The position numbers and the translations under genes are program-made. Source: Candidatus Poribacteria bacterium (lineage in GTDB: Bacteria; Poribacteria; WGA-4E; JAJDTR01). From it: DNA of 64,000 nucleotides. Below the pieces are notes generated by a model. That model searched no databases. It had not been told where the DNA came from and saw nothing but the letters and a program-made list of their open reading frames with translations. The stretch is from contig JAJDTR010000156.1 of NCBI GenBank assembly GCA_022827055.1, positions 27,596-91,595 on the forward strand. Reading direction: 5' to 3'. Positions 38,468 to 48,684 of the stretch are shown here, piece after piece. Positions within the stretch are counted from its first letter, which is position 1. The number at the start of each line of letters is the position of its first letter.

Positions 38468-40369
38468 TTACACGAACTCGGCTGGCATCGGTTTGAACTG
38501 GCACCCCTCGACGAACACTTCGAAGAAATCCGGCGTTGTCTCCAATTCGACGTGTTCAATCTTTTTGACCAACTCCTCGATTGATTCACGTTTCTCCCGC
38601 GACAGCAACACCTCCCTCGCCCCTTGTACCGCCGCGTTTCCAATCTTGAAAATGCGCTCGCCGGCAACAGGCGCCAAGAAACCGATGTCGATTGCGTTAC
38701 GCGCATCAACATAGTTGGCGAAGCCGCCAGCCAAATATAGGTTCTTCACCTCCGCCGGGTTAACACCGAATTCTCGCATTACGATGAATTGACCGCAATA
38801 ATTCGCAGCTTTCGCTTGGGCAAGATTGCTGGCATCGTCACGTGACAGCGTGATTCCATGTTCGGGAATAACTGCTATCTTGCGTTGTTTCTTTTCCGTG
38901 AAAACACCCATGGGCGTCATCAAGTCGTGGTTGCGGAGCTCTGCAAGCAAATCAATTAAGCCGGATCCGCAGATGCCTTGGGGATCGATATCACCAATAG
39001 TTTGGTACTCAGTCTGACCGTTGTTCAAATGTATTGATTCAATGGCGCCATCGTATCCGGGCATGCCGTATTCAATCCCGCCACCCTCAAAAGCGGGACC
39101 TGCCGGACAGGAAGCCGCCACCAACCGGCCTGCGTGTCCCACAACCACTTCGGTGTTCGTGCCAACGTCCACGAGCATTACTATCTCGTCTTTCGAGGCG
39201 ATATCAATCGCCACAAGATCCGCGGCGACATCCGCACCAACATGGCTTGCAATCAGGGGCAAACCGTAAACAACGGCTTTTGGATTTGCGCGAATCCCCA
39301 AACGTCTTGTTTTCTCAAGGAGCGAAGTGGTCTCGCGCTTACCTTCCAGATATTCGTGTTCGATTGTAGACTTGTAAGGTTTTTGACCGATGCTCTGCAC
39401 ATCAAGCTTGAAGAAGATGTCGCGCATGGTCGAATTGCCCACCAAGACAATCTCATAGATTTCTTGACGAACAAAACCAAGGCGCTCCCCCATCTCCAAG
39501 ATTTCGTGATTTAGCGCGTTGATGACCGCCTTGCGTAACTCCCCGCCAAATTCTGCATCGTACGAGATACGATGCATCACATCACTCCCGCCAAACCGTT
39601 GCGGATTCTCAAGCGAACTGACGCAAACGCTTTTTCCGGTTTCCAAGTCAACCAAATCAATGACGATGGTCGTGGTGCCGAGATCGATTGCCAGACCGTA
39701 GAGGTGGCCCCGATATTTGTCGATGTACTCGCCGTCATAATAAACACTATCGCCCCGGCGGGTAACTAACGGATCAAGCTCTATCGGTTTTTCATCTGTC
39801 AGGGTGAGAATTTTGGGAGTGCGCCTCAATGGAGAGAATACTATATCAACGTCGGGATCCTGAACCACCGCCTGACAAGCGAGACGGTGTTCCCCTCGAA
39901 GAAACGATTCTACCTCATTTCGAGGGCGTAACGCCTCCATGCCCGACTTAACCTCAACGATACATTCATGGCATTGTCCGGTTCGAAAACAGGACGTTGG
40001 CACTTGGACAGCGAGTTCATCAGCATAATCGAAGATGGTTTTCCCGGCAGACAATTTCCGGGCTTTTCCATCATGTTCTATTGTACCCATTCCGTACTCA
40101 ATGTCCTCAACAAGAGCGCCTTCTACCGATTCCGTTTCCCAAGCACTGCGATAATCTATGCGGTCATCCCCTCCACATAGAAGTAAATCACCTTTCGCCG
40201 GTGGCTTGCGTTGATTGCGACATCCGAATTTTGCCGTACATTGATCAAAACGGTTCTTGTAAGGACATCGATACGTGGATTGTTCATCCGCATGTAGCAC
40301 TATGTCCTCAAACAGTTGGGTGATTCTGTCGAGTCGTTTCTGGTATTCTTCTTTGTTGATTTTCTGCAT
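38468..40369 (-). CDS. RACo-type reductive activator of corrinoid proteins (2Fe-2S ferredoxin + ASKHA ATPase)
   Basis: Plant-type ferredoxin Cys pattern SCFRTGQCHEC...LACQ. ASKHA phosphate motifs LAIDLGTTTIV and VDVGTNTEVV. 633 aa. Extra ~95-aa N-terminal segment with 4 Cys. Confidence 0.8.
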   Translation of the reverse strand: MQKINKEEYQKRLDRITQLFEDIVLHADEQSTYRCPYKNRFDQCTAKFGCRNQRKPPAKGDLLLCGGDDRIDYRSAWETESVEGALVEDIEYGMGTIEHDGKARKLSAGKTIFDYADELAVQVPTSCFRTGQCHECIVEVKSGMEALRPRNEVESFLRGEHRLACQAVVQDPDVDIVFSPLRRTPKILTLTDEKPIELDPLVTRRGDSVYYDGEYIDKYRGHLYGLAIDLGTTTIVIDLVDLETGKSVCVSSLENPQRFGGSDVMHRISYDAEFGGELRKAVINALNHEILEMGERLGFVRQEIYEIVLVGNSTMRDIFFKLDVQSIGQKPYKSTIEHEYLEGKRETTSLLEKTRRLGIRANPKAVVYGLPLIASHVGADVAADLVAIDIASKDEIVMLVDVGTNTEVVVGHAGRLVAASCPAGPAFEGGGIEYGMPGYDGAIESIHLNNGQTEYQTIGDIDPQGICGSGLIDLLAELRNHDLMTPMGVFTEKKQRKIAVIPEHGITLSRDDASNLAQAKAANYCGQFIVMREFGVNPAEVKNLYLAGGFANYVDARNAIDIGFLAPVAGERIFKIGNAAVQGAREVLLSREKRESIEELVKKIEHVELETTPDFFEVFVEGCQFKPMPAEFV

Positions 40370-40387
40370 TCTGCACTGTCACGAATT

Positions 40388-41149
40388 TTAGAACTCTTCC
40401 TCATCTTCTTCTTCGGCGAACTTCTTTGCCAATTCTACACAAGCAAGGGCATCCTTGCCGTACCCGTCCGCGCCCATATCATCGGCGAACTCCTGCGTCA
40501 CCGGCGCTCCACCCACCATGATTTTAACATCTTCACGAAGATCTTCGTCAATGAAAGCTTCGATTGTTTTACCCATGTTTGGCATAGTGGTCGTCAATAG
40601 AGCAGACATCCCCAACACTTTCGCATCGTGCTCCTCAACAGCCTCAATGAACTCATCGTCCGAAGTATCCACGCCCAAGTCATGGACAACGAATCCGGCG
40701 CCACGTAACATCATGATGCATAGATTCTTGCCGATATCGTGCAAATCGCCCTTCACGGTTCCCATGATTACCGTTCCGATGGGATCTACCCCGGAAGCGG
40801 ACAGTATTGGCTCAATGTATGCCATACCTGCCTTCATTGCACGCGCACAAGCGAGCACCTCCGGTACGAAGATGAAGTTTTCTCGAAACTTAATGCCAAC
40901 AACACCCATGCCGGAGATGAGTCCGTCGTCCATAATCTCAAGCGCTTCAGTCCCGGAACCCAGGGCTTCTTTGGTCAATTCGTCCACCGCATCATTGTCT
41001 CCGTCAATTAGCGCGGCGGCGATTGTCTGCATCTCCGGAGCGGTATTGGCAAACGTCTCAATCGTCCGCGCTATTTCATCGGGTCGTTCAAGAAACTCCT
41101 CAATCTCGTCGCGGATGAATTCATTTTCAATATCGGCGAGTTCCGCCAT
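40388..41149 (-). CDS. Corrinoid (cobalamin)-binding protein
   Basis: B12 cap helix bundle followed by a Rossmann-like domain with GDLHDIGKNL (DxHxxG), MSALLTTTMP and VGGAP. Acidic tail EEEDEEEF. Confidence 0.88.
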   Translation of the reverse strand: MAELADIENEFIRDEIEEFLERPDEIARTIETFANTAPEMQTIAAALIDGDNDAVDELTKEALGSGTEALEIMDDGLISGMGVVGIKFRENFIFVPEVLACARAMKAGMAYIEPILSASGVDPIGTVIMGTVKGDLHDIGKNLCIMMLRGAGFVVHDLGVDTSDDEFIEAVEEHDAKVLGMSALLTTTMPNMGKTIEAFIDEDLREDVKIMVGGAPVTQEFADDMGADGYGKDALACVELAKKFAEEEDEEEF

Positions 41150-41252
41150 TCTTGCTCTTCAACCTCCGTAACTTGACACTACTGCCCGAACTCCATTTAC
41201 GATTATGTACGCAGTCCTAAACTTCAAACCACATTCTCTCACAGCCGAACAA

Positions 41253-42191
41253 TTACTTTCCGAGTAAGGCAATGCCCTCGCGATACGTATCGGCAGATGT
41301 TTGTAATGCTTGAAGCTCGTCATCGGTCAGGTCGATTTCGATTACCTGTTCAACGCCTCCGCCGCCAAGCTTTATCGGAACGCCAATATACAGGTCGTCG
41401 ATACCGTACTGCCCCGTAAGATACGCCGAGCAGGGAAGCAGACGTTTCCTATCAAGGATAATGGCTTCAGCCATTTCGGCGAGCGACGCTCCGGCAGCGT
41501 AATAACCACTCGTTTTCAGCAGATCGACGACCTCGGCGCCGCCATCACGAGTTCGCTGCGCCATCTCTTCAATCCGGTTGGGGGGAATAAGTTGAGTGAT
41601 TGGGACACCGTTAACCGTCGTATAGCGAGGAAGAGGTACCATGGTGTCGCCGTGTCCGCCAAGAACAAGTGCGTGGATATCCTCAACAGATACACCCAAT
41701 TCAAGCGAAATAAAATATCGAAATCGTGCTGAGTCAAGCACTCCGGCTTGTCCAACCACTCGGTGAGTAGGAAATCCTGAGACCTTCCACGCATGATAGG
41801 TCATGATGTCGAGCGGGTTGGTCAACATGACGATCACACAGTCTGGTGAGTGCATCACAACATTTTCCGTGACGCTCCCAACAATGTTGGCATTCGTCTG
41901 CAAGAGATCCTCGCGAGTCATACCCGGCTTTCGAGGAGAACCCGACGTAATAATCACTAAATCCGATCCAGCAGTAGCGTCAAAATCAACCGCTCCCGTG
42001 ATGTTCGCGTCAAAGGCCTCAATTGGCGCGGTTTGTCCCATGTCAAGGGCTTTGCCTTGTGGAATGCCGTCGATTATATCTACCATCACGACATCGCCAA
42101 GTTGCTTTTGAGCAATCAGAAACGCGGCTGTCGCGCCGACGTTTCCCGCGCCGATGACACTAATTTTCCTTCTACCCACGTCTTCCTCCAT
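41253..42191 (-). CDS. mdh: Malate dehydrogenase (LDH-like MDH)
   Basis: KISVIGAGNVGAT, substrate Arg in GSPRKPGMTREDL, and GGHGDTMVP. 312 aa. Confidence 0.88.
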   Translation of the reverse strand: MEEDVGRRKISVIGAGNVGATAAFLIAQKQLGDVVMVDIIDGIPQGKALDMGQTAPIEAFDANITGAVDFDATAGSDLVIITSGSPRKPGMTREDLLQTNANIVGSVTENVVMHSPDCVIVMLTNPLDIMTYHAWKVSGFPTHRVVGQAGVLDSARFRYFISLELGVSVEDIHALVLGGHGDTMVPLPRYTTVNGVPITQLIPPNRIEEMAQRTRDGGAEVVDLLKTSGYYAAGASLAEMAEAIILDRKRLLPCSAYLTGQYGIDDLYIGVPIKLGGGGVEQVIEIDLTDDELQALQTSADTYREGIALLGK

Positions 42192-42221
42192 TCAGAAAAA
42201 GTGCAACAATATGAAACCTAA

Positions 42222-43472
42222 TCAAGCCGTGAAATTTTCAATGATTGCGGCGGCAAATTCGGAAGTACGTACTTTCGTCGCTCCATCCATTAACCGCTCA
42301 AGGTCATAAGTCACACGCTTTTGCACAATTGTTTGCTCAAGTCCATGGATTACCAAATCTGCTGCCTCCTGCCAACCGAGATGTTCAAGCATCATTACCG
42401 CGGAGAGAATCAACGAACTCGGATTTACGACATCCTTATCGGTATACTTGGGAGCGGTGCCGTGAGTTGCCTCAAAGAGTGCCGTCTCATCGCCGATATT
42501 CCCCCCTGGCGCCATCCCGATGCCGCCAACCTGCGCTGCACAAGCATCGGAGAGATAGTCGCCATTCAGGTTTGGCGTAGCAATCACATCATATTCGGCG
42601 GTTCGTGTCAAGATTTGCTGTAACATGCTGTCGGCAATTCGATCCTTCACGACAATTTTGCCATCCGGGGTTTCCCCACCATGATCGTCGTAGAGATTGT
42701 CTTCAGTAATTGTCGCATCAATGAACTCATTCTCCGCGACCTGATATCCCCAATCACGGAAGGCACCTTCGGTGAACTTCATGATATTGCCTTTGTGGAC
42801 AAAGGTGACGCTGGAACGGTTGTGGTCGATAGCGTACTGAATCGCCATTCGCGCAAGGCGGCTTGTACCGAATACACTAATGGGTTTAATGCCGATCCCG
42901 GAATCTTCACGCACTGCCACGCCCATGTCGGTGTGAAGAAAGTCAATCACCTTTTTTGCTTCGGGTGTTCCTTTCGCCCACTCGATGCCAGCATACACAT
43001 CTTCGGTATTCTCACGGAAAATCACGACGTTCATGTTTTCGGGGTGAGTCACAGGAGCTGGCACACCTTGAAAATAGCGCACCGGACGAACACAGGCATA
43101 CAGGTCCAATACCTGGCGCAGTGTTACGTTTAAGCTTCGAAATCCGCCACCCACCGGCGTTGTCAATGGGCCTTTCAGGGCAACACGAAAATGCTTGATA
43201 GCATTGAAAGTGTCTTGCGGCAGCCATTCGCCGTATTCGGCGTGTGCTTTCTCGCCGGCATAAACATCAAACCATACGATACGTTTTTCGTTTCCATATG
43301 CTGATTCAATTGCGGCATCAATCACCCGGCGCGTGGCTTTCATGATATCACGACCGATGCCATCGCCTTCAATGACCGGAATTATCGGCTGACTCGGTAT
43401 CTCTAACCGTCCGTCTACTTTACTGATAGTTTCGCCTTCTGCAGGCACTTGAAGTTTGTCAAATTCTATCAC
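42222..43472 (-). CDS. icd: NADP-isocitrate dehydrogenase
   Basis: [21 protein letters not shown] and [10 protein letters not shown] motifs. The ORF-track start (43610) would overlap gltA by 124 nt. A GTG at 43470-43472, preceded by AGGAA, gives a 416-aa product of canonical length. Confidence 0.9.
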   Translation of the reverse strand: MIEFDKLQVPAEGETISKVDGRLEIPSQPIIPVIEGDGIGRDIMKATRRVIDAAIESAYGNEKRIVWFDVYAGEKAHAEYGEWLPQDTFNAIKHFRVALKGPLTTPVGGGFRSLNVTLRQVLDLYACVRPVRYFQGVPAPVTHPENMNVVIFRENTEDVYAGIEWAKGTPEAKKVIDFLHTDMGVAVREDSGIGIKPISVFGTSRLARMAIQYAIDHNRSSVTFVHKGNIMKFTEGAFRDWGYQVAENEFIDATITEDNLYDDHGGETPDGKIVVKDRIADSMLQQILTRTAEYDVIATPNLNGDYLSDACAAQVGGIGMAPGGNIGDETALFEATHGTAPKYTDKDVVNPSSLILSAVMMLEHLGWQEAADLVIHGLEQTIVQKRVTYDLERLMDGATKVRTSEFAAAIIENFTA

Positions 43473-43486
43473 TGTTGTTCCTCGTT

Positions 43487-44635
43487 CTAGCTTGATTTTC
43501 CGCCGCGCTGCTCCGCCGGACGGTATGGAATGTCGTGTTCCCCTGCGTATATTTGGGTCGGTCGAAAGATTCGATTGTCGATTAGCTGTTCCAACCAGTG
43601 CGCAAGCCATCCAGCGACTCGCCCCATGGCAAAGATTGGAGTAAAAGCATCTGACCGGATCCCCAGAGCATCGTACACGATACCCGAGTAAAAATCAACA
43701 TTTGCAAATATTCCCTTCTCACCCAACCTTTCAGTGACGATTTCATCGACCCTCAAAGCAATCTCGTACAACTCGGTTGAGCCATGCTCCTCAGTCATTT
43801 CGTCTGCCAGGCGTCTCAGGATAATCGCGCGCGGGTCTTTCGTCTTATACACACGGTGCCCAAAGCCCATGATTCGGTCTTTGTTCGCCATCTTGTTCTC
43901 AATGTAGGTTTCCGCGTTTTGAACCGACCCAATCTCACGGAGCATATCAAGCACCTGCTCGTTCGCACCGCCGTGTAATGGTCCTGACAGCGTGCCGACC
44001 GCCGAACTGACTACCGTGTAAGGATCCGCCAATGTCGATCCTGTGACACGCCCGCTAAACGTTGATGCATTCATCGTGTGGTCGGCATGCAAGATTAGAC
44101 ACACGTCAAGCGCCTTTACGCTCACATGATTAGGCTCTACCCCCGTAAGTGTGTACAAGAAATTGGCGGTATGTCCAAGGTCCTCTCGAGGGGAAAGAAT
44201 TTCAGCACCGTTTCGGAATCTCTCAAATGCGCTAACGATGGAAGGTAGCTTGGCAATCAAGCGAATACAAGAAAGGTGGTTTTCCGCGTCCTTGGTGACA
44301 TCCCTCGCAGGATGAAACATGCCCAAGGCTGCAATTGCGGCTTGCAGGGCATCCATGGGATGTCCGTATTCGGGCAAGCATTTAAGTAAATCAATGATTT
44401 GGGATTCGAGCCTTCGGTGGTTAGCCAACTCATGGATTAGACTGCCAAGCGCTGCTTGATCCGGTAAATCGCCTTTGAGCAACAGATGAGCAGTTTCCTC
44501 ATACGTGCTGTGTTCGGCAAGATTTTCTATGCGGATGCCCCGGTATTCCAGGACTCCCTTTAGCCCATCGACAAAACTGATTGCGGATTCAGCGATCGGT
44601 ACCCCTTCAAGACCGGGTACAAATTCATGTGGCAT
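43487..44635 (-). CDS. gltA: Citrate synthase (about 380-aa type)
   Basis: [21 protein letters not shown] and [14 protein letters not shown] motifs. Confidence 0.92.
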   Translation of the reverse strand: MPHEFVPGLEGVPIAESAISFVDGLKGVLEYRGIRIENLAEHSTYEETAHLLLKGDLPDQAALGSLIHELANHRRLESQIIDLLKCLPEYGHPMDALQAAIAALGMFHPARDVTKDAENHLSCIRLIAKLPSIVSAFERFRNGAEILSPREDLGHTANFLYTLTGVEPNHVSVKALDVCLILHADHTMNASTFSGRVTGSTLADPYTVVSSAVGTLSGPLHGGANEQVLDMLREIGSVQNAETYIENKMANKDRIMGFGHRVYKTKDPRAIILRRLADEMTEEHGSTELYEIALRVDEIVTERLGEKGIFANVDFYSGIVYDALGIRSDAFTPIFAMGRVAGWLAHWLEQLIDNRIFRPTQIYAGEHDIPYRPAEQRGGKSS

Positions 44636-45727
44636 GCAACCCCTCCTACGGCCGACACGACATGGCGTGCGAAAACAATGCGGTATTCATGATAGCGCGG
44701 TTTCCCAGCAAACTTGGTAAATTGCCGGAGATGGCTCCGAAAACGTAGCACGGCAAGATTGGCCGGAGTTGTCCTCTGCGGTATTCTCGCCCGGCTATTT
44801 CTAATCCAACATAACAATCCTTTTACCATGGATTTTACATTGGTGACAAACAAAGTGCATGTTCTAGATTTGGGCGTCCCGAATGCTCGTAACGCACCGA
44901 CTTTGTGAGGAAATCAGGGAAGGCATGGGCTACCTTTGGATGGACCGTATTCCGGCAGGCTCTATAAAATAAATTCAATTGTGTTGAGACAGTGCATTTA
45001 CGTACTTTGAATTCGGCGCCAACTCAGTTCTATTTTAGCAAAATCAGTCCCGAAAGTCAAGTTAAAAGAATGGGCGTGCCGAGTCCGTGGAATTACACAC
45101 AATGCGCTCAAGTGTGGATAATTCTTCGGTGCTACCGGCCTTGATTTAACACCCGAAAGGGGAATCATACTCCGGATACACCGACTTTAAAGTATGTCCA
45201 AGTTCGCACACGAGCCTGCCCGTTCTTGTAAATCAGTGGACACATGTGTTATGCTTTAATACTATAGGAATTCAGGCTCAGATTCACCTGTATTACGGTT
45301 TAGAGAATAGTGGTAAGCCGGTAGTGCGCGTACTGATAAATTGGAGATTGGATGGAATTGCGGCAAGACCACTGTTAAAGCGAGTTTCACTCACAACTGG
45401 AAGTCGTGCCGGGGAGAGGGGACTCTATCATACAGGATTTACTCTCGGGATTAACCATCGCCTTCGTTGTCCACTCAGTTAATCCCTCACTGTTTTGGTC
45501 GATTGGTTCCTAAAGAAACGCCACATTCTGAGTTGTAAATGCTATGGCCGCCGATACTACGTCCTTCGCAGGTGTATTTAATCGATTGGATCCATGCTGC
45601 TGGGGATTTCATCTTCGAATTGACGACCACTAAAAAGTTGATGAATCGCAAAACGGCAAAAAATCGTAAAGTTGGTAACAGGGATTGTTGATTAAAATCA
45701 CTCGATTGCGTAGTATTTACCAAGCTG

Positions 45728-45939
45728 GACTTTGTACATTTAAGCCGTATAACAGATGGTGGTACTCAAGCGTTGGAGAAGAACGGGAGAGATTTTAGCC
45801 GTCTGGTATTTTTGGTTGACCTGCGAAAAAGTCGGTAGCGGTTTTCAGTATCATCACGGCGGGGCAAGATGCCCCGCCTACGGGTTTGGCGTTGTACAGC
45901 TTCCCGCACAACCCAATCGTTGTACTTTTGTACAAAGTC
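45728..45939. repeat. TIR-bounded intergenic repeat, family 1, copy A (MITE-like or ncRNA)
   Basis: GACTTTGTACA (45728-45738) and TGTACAAAGTC (45929-45939) are reverse complements. The interior aligns with 61669-61917 and contains the REP-like hairpin GGCGGGGCAAGATGCCCCGCC (45858-45878). Confidence 0.65.
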
Positions 45940-46092
45940 GAGCCAAGGTCCTGTTTGAAAACTCAACAATTTTCACTGCGATTGAAGCGGAGTGCGCTAA
46001 TCTCAACGTTGGAAACCCAGGACACAGGGATTTCAGCTCTATTGAATCAACCATCCACAACCTAAACTTAAAACACACAGGAGATAGGACTA

Positions 46093-47109
46093 GTGGTCAT
46101 CGTTATGAGCGCGGAGGCGGAGCAGGGATACATTGATGCCGTCATTGCCAGAATTGAGGAGCTTGGGTACACCCCTCACCCGATTCAGGGAACGGAACGC
46201 ACAGTCATTGCGGCAATCGGGGATGAGCGCGGCAAGTACGAACTCCAGCAGCTAGAGTCAATGCACGCGGTTGATAAAGTTGTACCAATTCTTGAACCGT
46301 ATAAGTTGTCGGGCAGGGAATATAGGTCGGAGCGAAGTGTTATTCGTATCGGCAACCTTGAGATTGGCGGCGATCGGTTGATCTTGATGGCGGGACCATG
46401 CTCGGTCGAAAGCCGCGAGCAAATCCTGGAAGCAGCCGAAACCGTCAAGGAGTCCGGTGCGCAGATTCTGCGGGGCGGTGCTTTCAAACCGCGCACGTCT
46501 CCGTATAGTTTTCAGGGACTTGGTGAGGAAGGACTGGAATACCTCGCCGAAGCACGAGACAAGACCGGGTTGTTGATAATCACCGAACTGTTAGATAGTT
46601 ACGATTTACAGCTTGTTGAGAAATATACCGACATTATTCAGATTGGAGCTCGGAATATGCAGAACTACGGGCTCCTGTCACGCCTGCGAAAAACAAAGAA
46701 GCCGGTCATGATTAAGCGCGGCATGATGTCCAAAGTGGACGAACTCTTGCTTTCAGCTGAATACGTTCTCTCCGGGGGTAACTACAATGTGCTACTGTGC
46801 GAGCGGGGCATTCGCACGTTTGAAACAGCAACCCGAAACACATTCGACCTGAATGCAATTCCCGTAATCAAGAAAATGAGTCACTTGCCTATCGTCGCGG
46901 ATCCGAGCCACGGGACCGGAGATTCGGAATTTGTTCCACCCATGGCAAAAGCGGCAGTCGCAGCGGGAGCGGATGCGCTAATGATCGAAATGCATCCGAA
47001 TCCCGATAAAGCGCTTTCGGATGGCGCACAGTCGCTCAGCCCAGACACATTCTTACAGTTGGTTGACGAATTGCAACCTTTCATTGAAGCAAGCGGACGA
47101 GGTTTTTAA
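46093..47109 (+). CDS. 3-deoxy-7-phosphoheptulonate (DAHP) synthase, type I-beta with an N-terminal regulatory domain
   Basis: [19 protein letters not shown], and DPSHGTG motifs. N-terminal ~70-aa ferredoxin-like/ACT-like domain. 338 aa. Confidence 0.88.
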   Translation: MVIVMSAEAEQGYIDAVIARIEELGYTPHPIQGTERTVIAAIGDERGKYELQQLESMHAVDKVVPILEPYKLSGREYRSERSVIRIGNLEIGGDRLILMAGPCSVESREQILEAAETVKESGAQILRGGAFKPRTSPYSFQGLGEEGLEYLAEARDKTGLLIITELLDSYDLQLVEKYTDIIQIGARNMQNYGLLSRLRKTKKPVMIKRGMMSKVDELLLSAEYVLSGGNYNVLLCERGIRTFETATRNTFDLNAIPVIKKMSHLPIVADPSHGTGDSEFVPPMAKAAVAAGADALMIEMHPNPDKALSDGAQSLSPDTFLQLVDELQPFIEASGRGF

Positions 47110-47202
47110 TTGTGTGCGGATTGTGAATCGAGGTACGAGAAAACGCAAGGCGATTCCAGGACGTTTTCTACACTTCACAGCAGGGCGGTCCCTTAACTCG
47201 AT

Positions 47203-47877
47203 ATGCGAATCGAATTGAGAAACGTGTCTTTGCAACACGATGGGAAACCACTCCTGTTTCAAGGTATAAATCTCGCCCTAGAGTCAGGGGAATTCATCCT
47301 CGTTCAGGGAGCGTCAGGAGTCGGAAAGTCCAGTTTATTACGCCTGATGAATCGGCTGCAAGAAGCTACATCGGGGGAGATTCTGATTGATGGCAAGCTG
47401 ATTGCGACATATGAAGTCACTTCATTGAGGCGTAACATCGGCTATGTTCAACAAACTCCTATAATGATTCCCGGCTCGGTGGAGGACAATTTTAATTTCC
47501 CATTCCAATTCCACTCGACCGGTGCACAGAAGTTGCCCGGCTTGGATGAAAAACAGATGTGGATGGACACGTTTCTACTTGAAGGCGTTAAATTGAGTGA
47601 TGACGCAATGAAACTGTCCGTGGGGCAAAAACAGCGAATTGCTTTGATTCGCACGTTGCTCGTCAACCCTAAAATCCTTCTGTGCGACGAACCAACATCG
47701 GCACTTGACCAACAATCAAAAGAGATTGTTGAAGATTCCTTGGAGCGACTGAACGTCGAGCATGGGATAAGCATTGTATTAGTAACTCATCTTGATTTTA
47801 CGCTCAGCCGGGCAAATTCACGAAGATTTCTCCTCCAACCAAACAGGCTAGAAGAGGTATCCGTATCCATATCATAG
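47203..47877 (+). CDS. fetA: ABC transporter ATPase, FetA/YbbL-like
   Basis: Walker A GASGVGKSS, signature LSVGQKQR, Walker B ILLCDEPTSALD. Directly upstream of the fetB-like permease. Confidence 0.8.
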   Translation: MRIELRNVSLQHDGKPLLFQGINLALESGEFILVQGASGVGKSSLLRLMNRLQEATSGEILIDGKLIATYEVTSLRRNIGYVQQTPIMIPGSVEDNFNFPFQFHSTGAQKLPGLDEKQMWMDTFLLEGVKLSDDAMKLSVGQKQRIALIRTLLVNPKILLCDEPTSALDQQSKEIVEDSLERLNVEHGISIVLVTHLDFTLSRANSRRFLLQPNRLEEVSVSIS

Positions 47878-47894
47878 AGATTACTCCGCTCCAG

Positions 47895-48641
47895 TTGGTA
47901 TTCTGCTTGGTGTTTGTCGTCGTTGCCGGCGTCGGATCTCTCCTTTTCAAATTGAGGTTGGAGAAAGACCTTGCTTGGGGAACCATGCGGACGTTTGCCC
48001 AACTATTTTTGGTTGGATACATCCTCAAGTTCATCTTCGACATCAAGAATCCGTATCTCGTGATTCTTTGTTATACTTGGATGATTTTCTGGGCGGCGCA
48101 GACAATCAGTGGACGGGTTAAGGAAAAAGATGTCCGTCTTTTTGCACCAACTTTTGTATCGATGGTCGTCAGTTACATGATCGTCGCCTTTGTCGTCACC
48201 GGGGCAATTCTACAAGTTAAGCCGTGGTATACTCCACAGTATTTCATTCCGCTCGGCGGAATGATAATCGGCAACTCCATGAACGCCATATCAATCGCTT
48301 TGGACCGACTTTTCTCTGACCTGCGAAAAGAGTCCGACACTATCGAATTGGCTTTGTGTCTGGGAGCGACGTATCAGGAGGCAACGGGTGACATTCTTCG
48401 GGCAGTCATCAAAGCCGGGATGATACCTTCAATCAACGCGCTGATGACGGTTGGATTAGTTTCGCTGCCGGGGATGATGACAGGTCAGATTTTGTCGGGC
48501 ACTCAACCGCTGACCGCCATTAAGTATCAAATTCTTGTTATGCTAATGTTGGTGGCGTCCACGGCAATCGGCACTGCAATCGTCGTCCATATTGTTCGAC
48601 GGCGCTGCTTCACGAAAGCCCACCAGATGGCGCTCTCTTAA
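47895..48641 (+). CDS. fetB: UPF0014-family ABC permease, FetB/YbbM-like (iron export)
   Basis: QLFLVGYILKFIF, LCLGAT, VGLVSLPGMMTGQIL and AIKYQILVMLML closely follow the E. coli FetB pattern as I recall it. TTG start as in the ORF track. Confidence 0.8.
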   Translation: MVFCLVFVVVAGVGSLLFKLRLEKDLAWGTMRTFAQLFLVGYILKFIFDIKNPYLVILCYTWMIFWAAQTISGRVKEKDVRLFAPTFVSMVVSYMIVAFVVTGAILQVKPWYTPQYFIPLGGMIIGNSMNAISIALDRLFSDLRKESDTIELALCLGATYQEATGDILRAVIKAGMIPSINALMTVGLVSLPGMMTGQILSGTQPLTAIKYQILVMLMLVASTAIGTAIVVHIVRRRCFTKAHQMALS

Positions 48642-48684
48642 TTTCGACCTGCCGAATCAGGTCAAGATCATGAATTTGACGTGG

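Noticed and set aside
40455-41171. 238-aa antisense ORF opposite the corrinoid-binding protein gene. Similar long antisense or overlapping ORFs exist elsewhere, for example 2493..3152, 19949..20386, 30929..31429 and 42681..43133.
   Set aside because: - Ser/Pro/Ala-rich low-information translations.
- Each fully overlaps a gene with strong family motifs on the other strand or frame.
- These are the shadow ORFs expected from codon bias.
42222-43610. ORF-track start of icd at 43610, implying a 46-aa N-terminal extension overlapping gltA by 124 nt.
   Set aside because: - The extension ([28 protein letters not shown]...) has no Icd counterpart.
- A GTG with an AGGAA Shine-Dalgarno at 43470-43472 gives the canonical length and a 14-nt gap after the gltA stop.
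45756-46136. 126-aa plus-strand ORF covering family-1 copy A, and its counterpart 61759..61956 covering copy B, as a possible protein family.
   Set aside because: - The similarity is at nucleotide level and extends outside both ORFs.
- Copy B has TGA where A has TGG, and ACG where A has the ATG.
- The copy-A ORF simply reads through into the aroF-type gene start.
- No RBS is present.
- The short run of synonymous third-position differences is noted under findings, but it is too small a sample.
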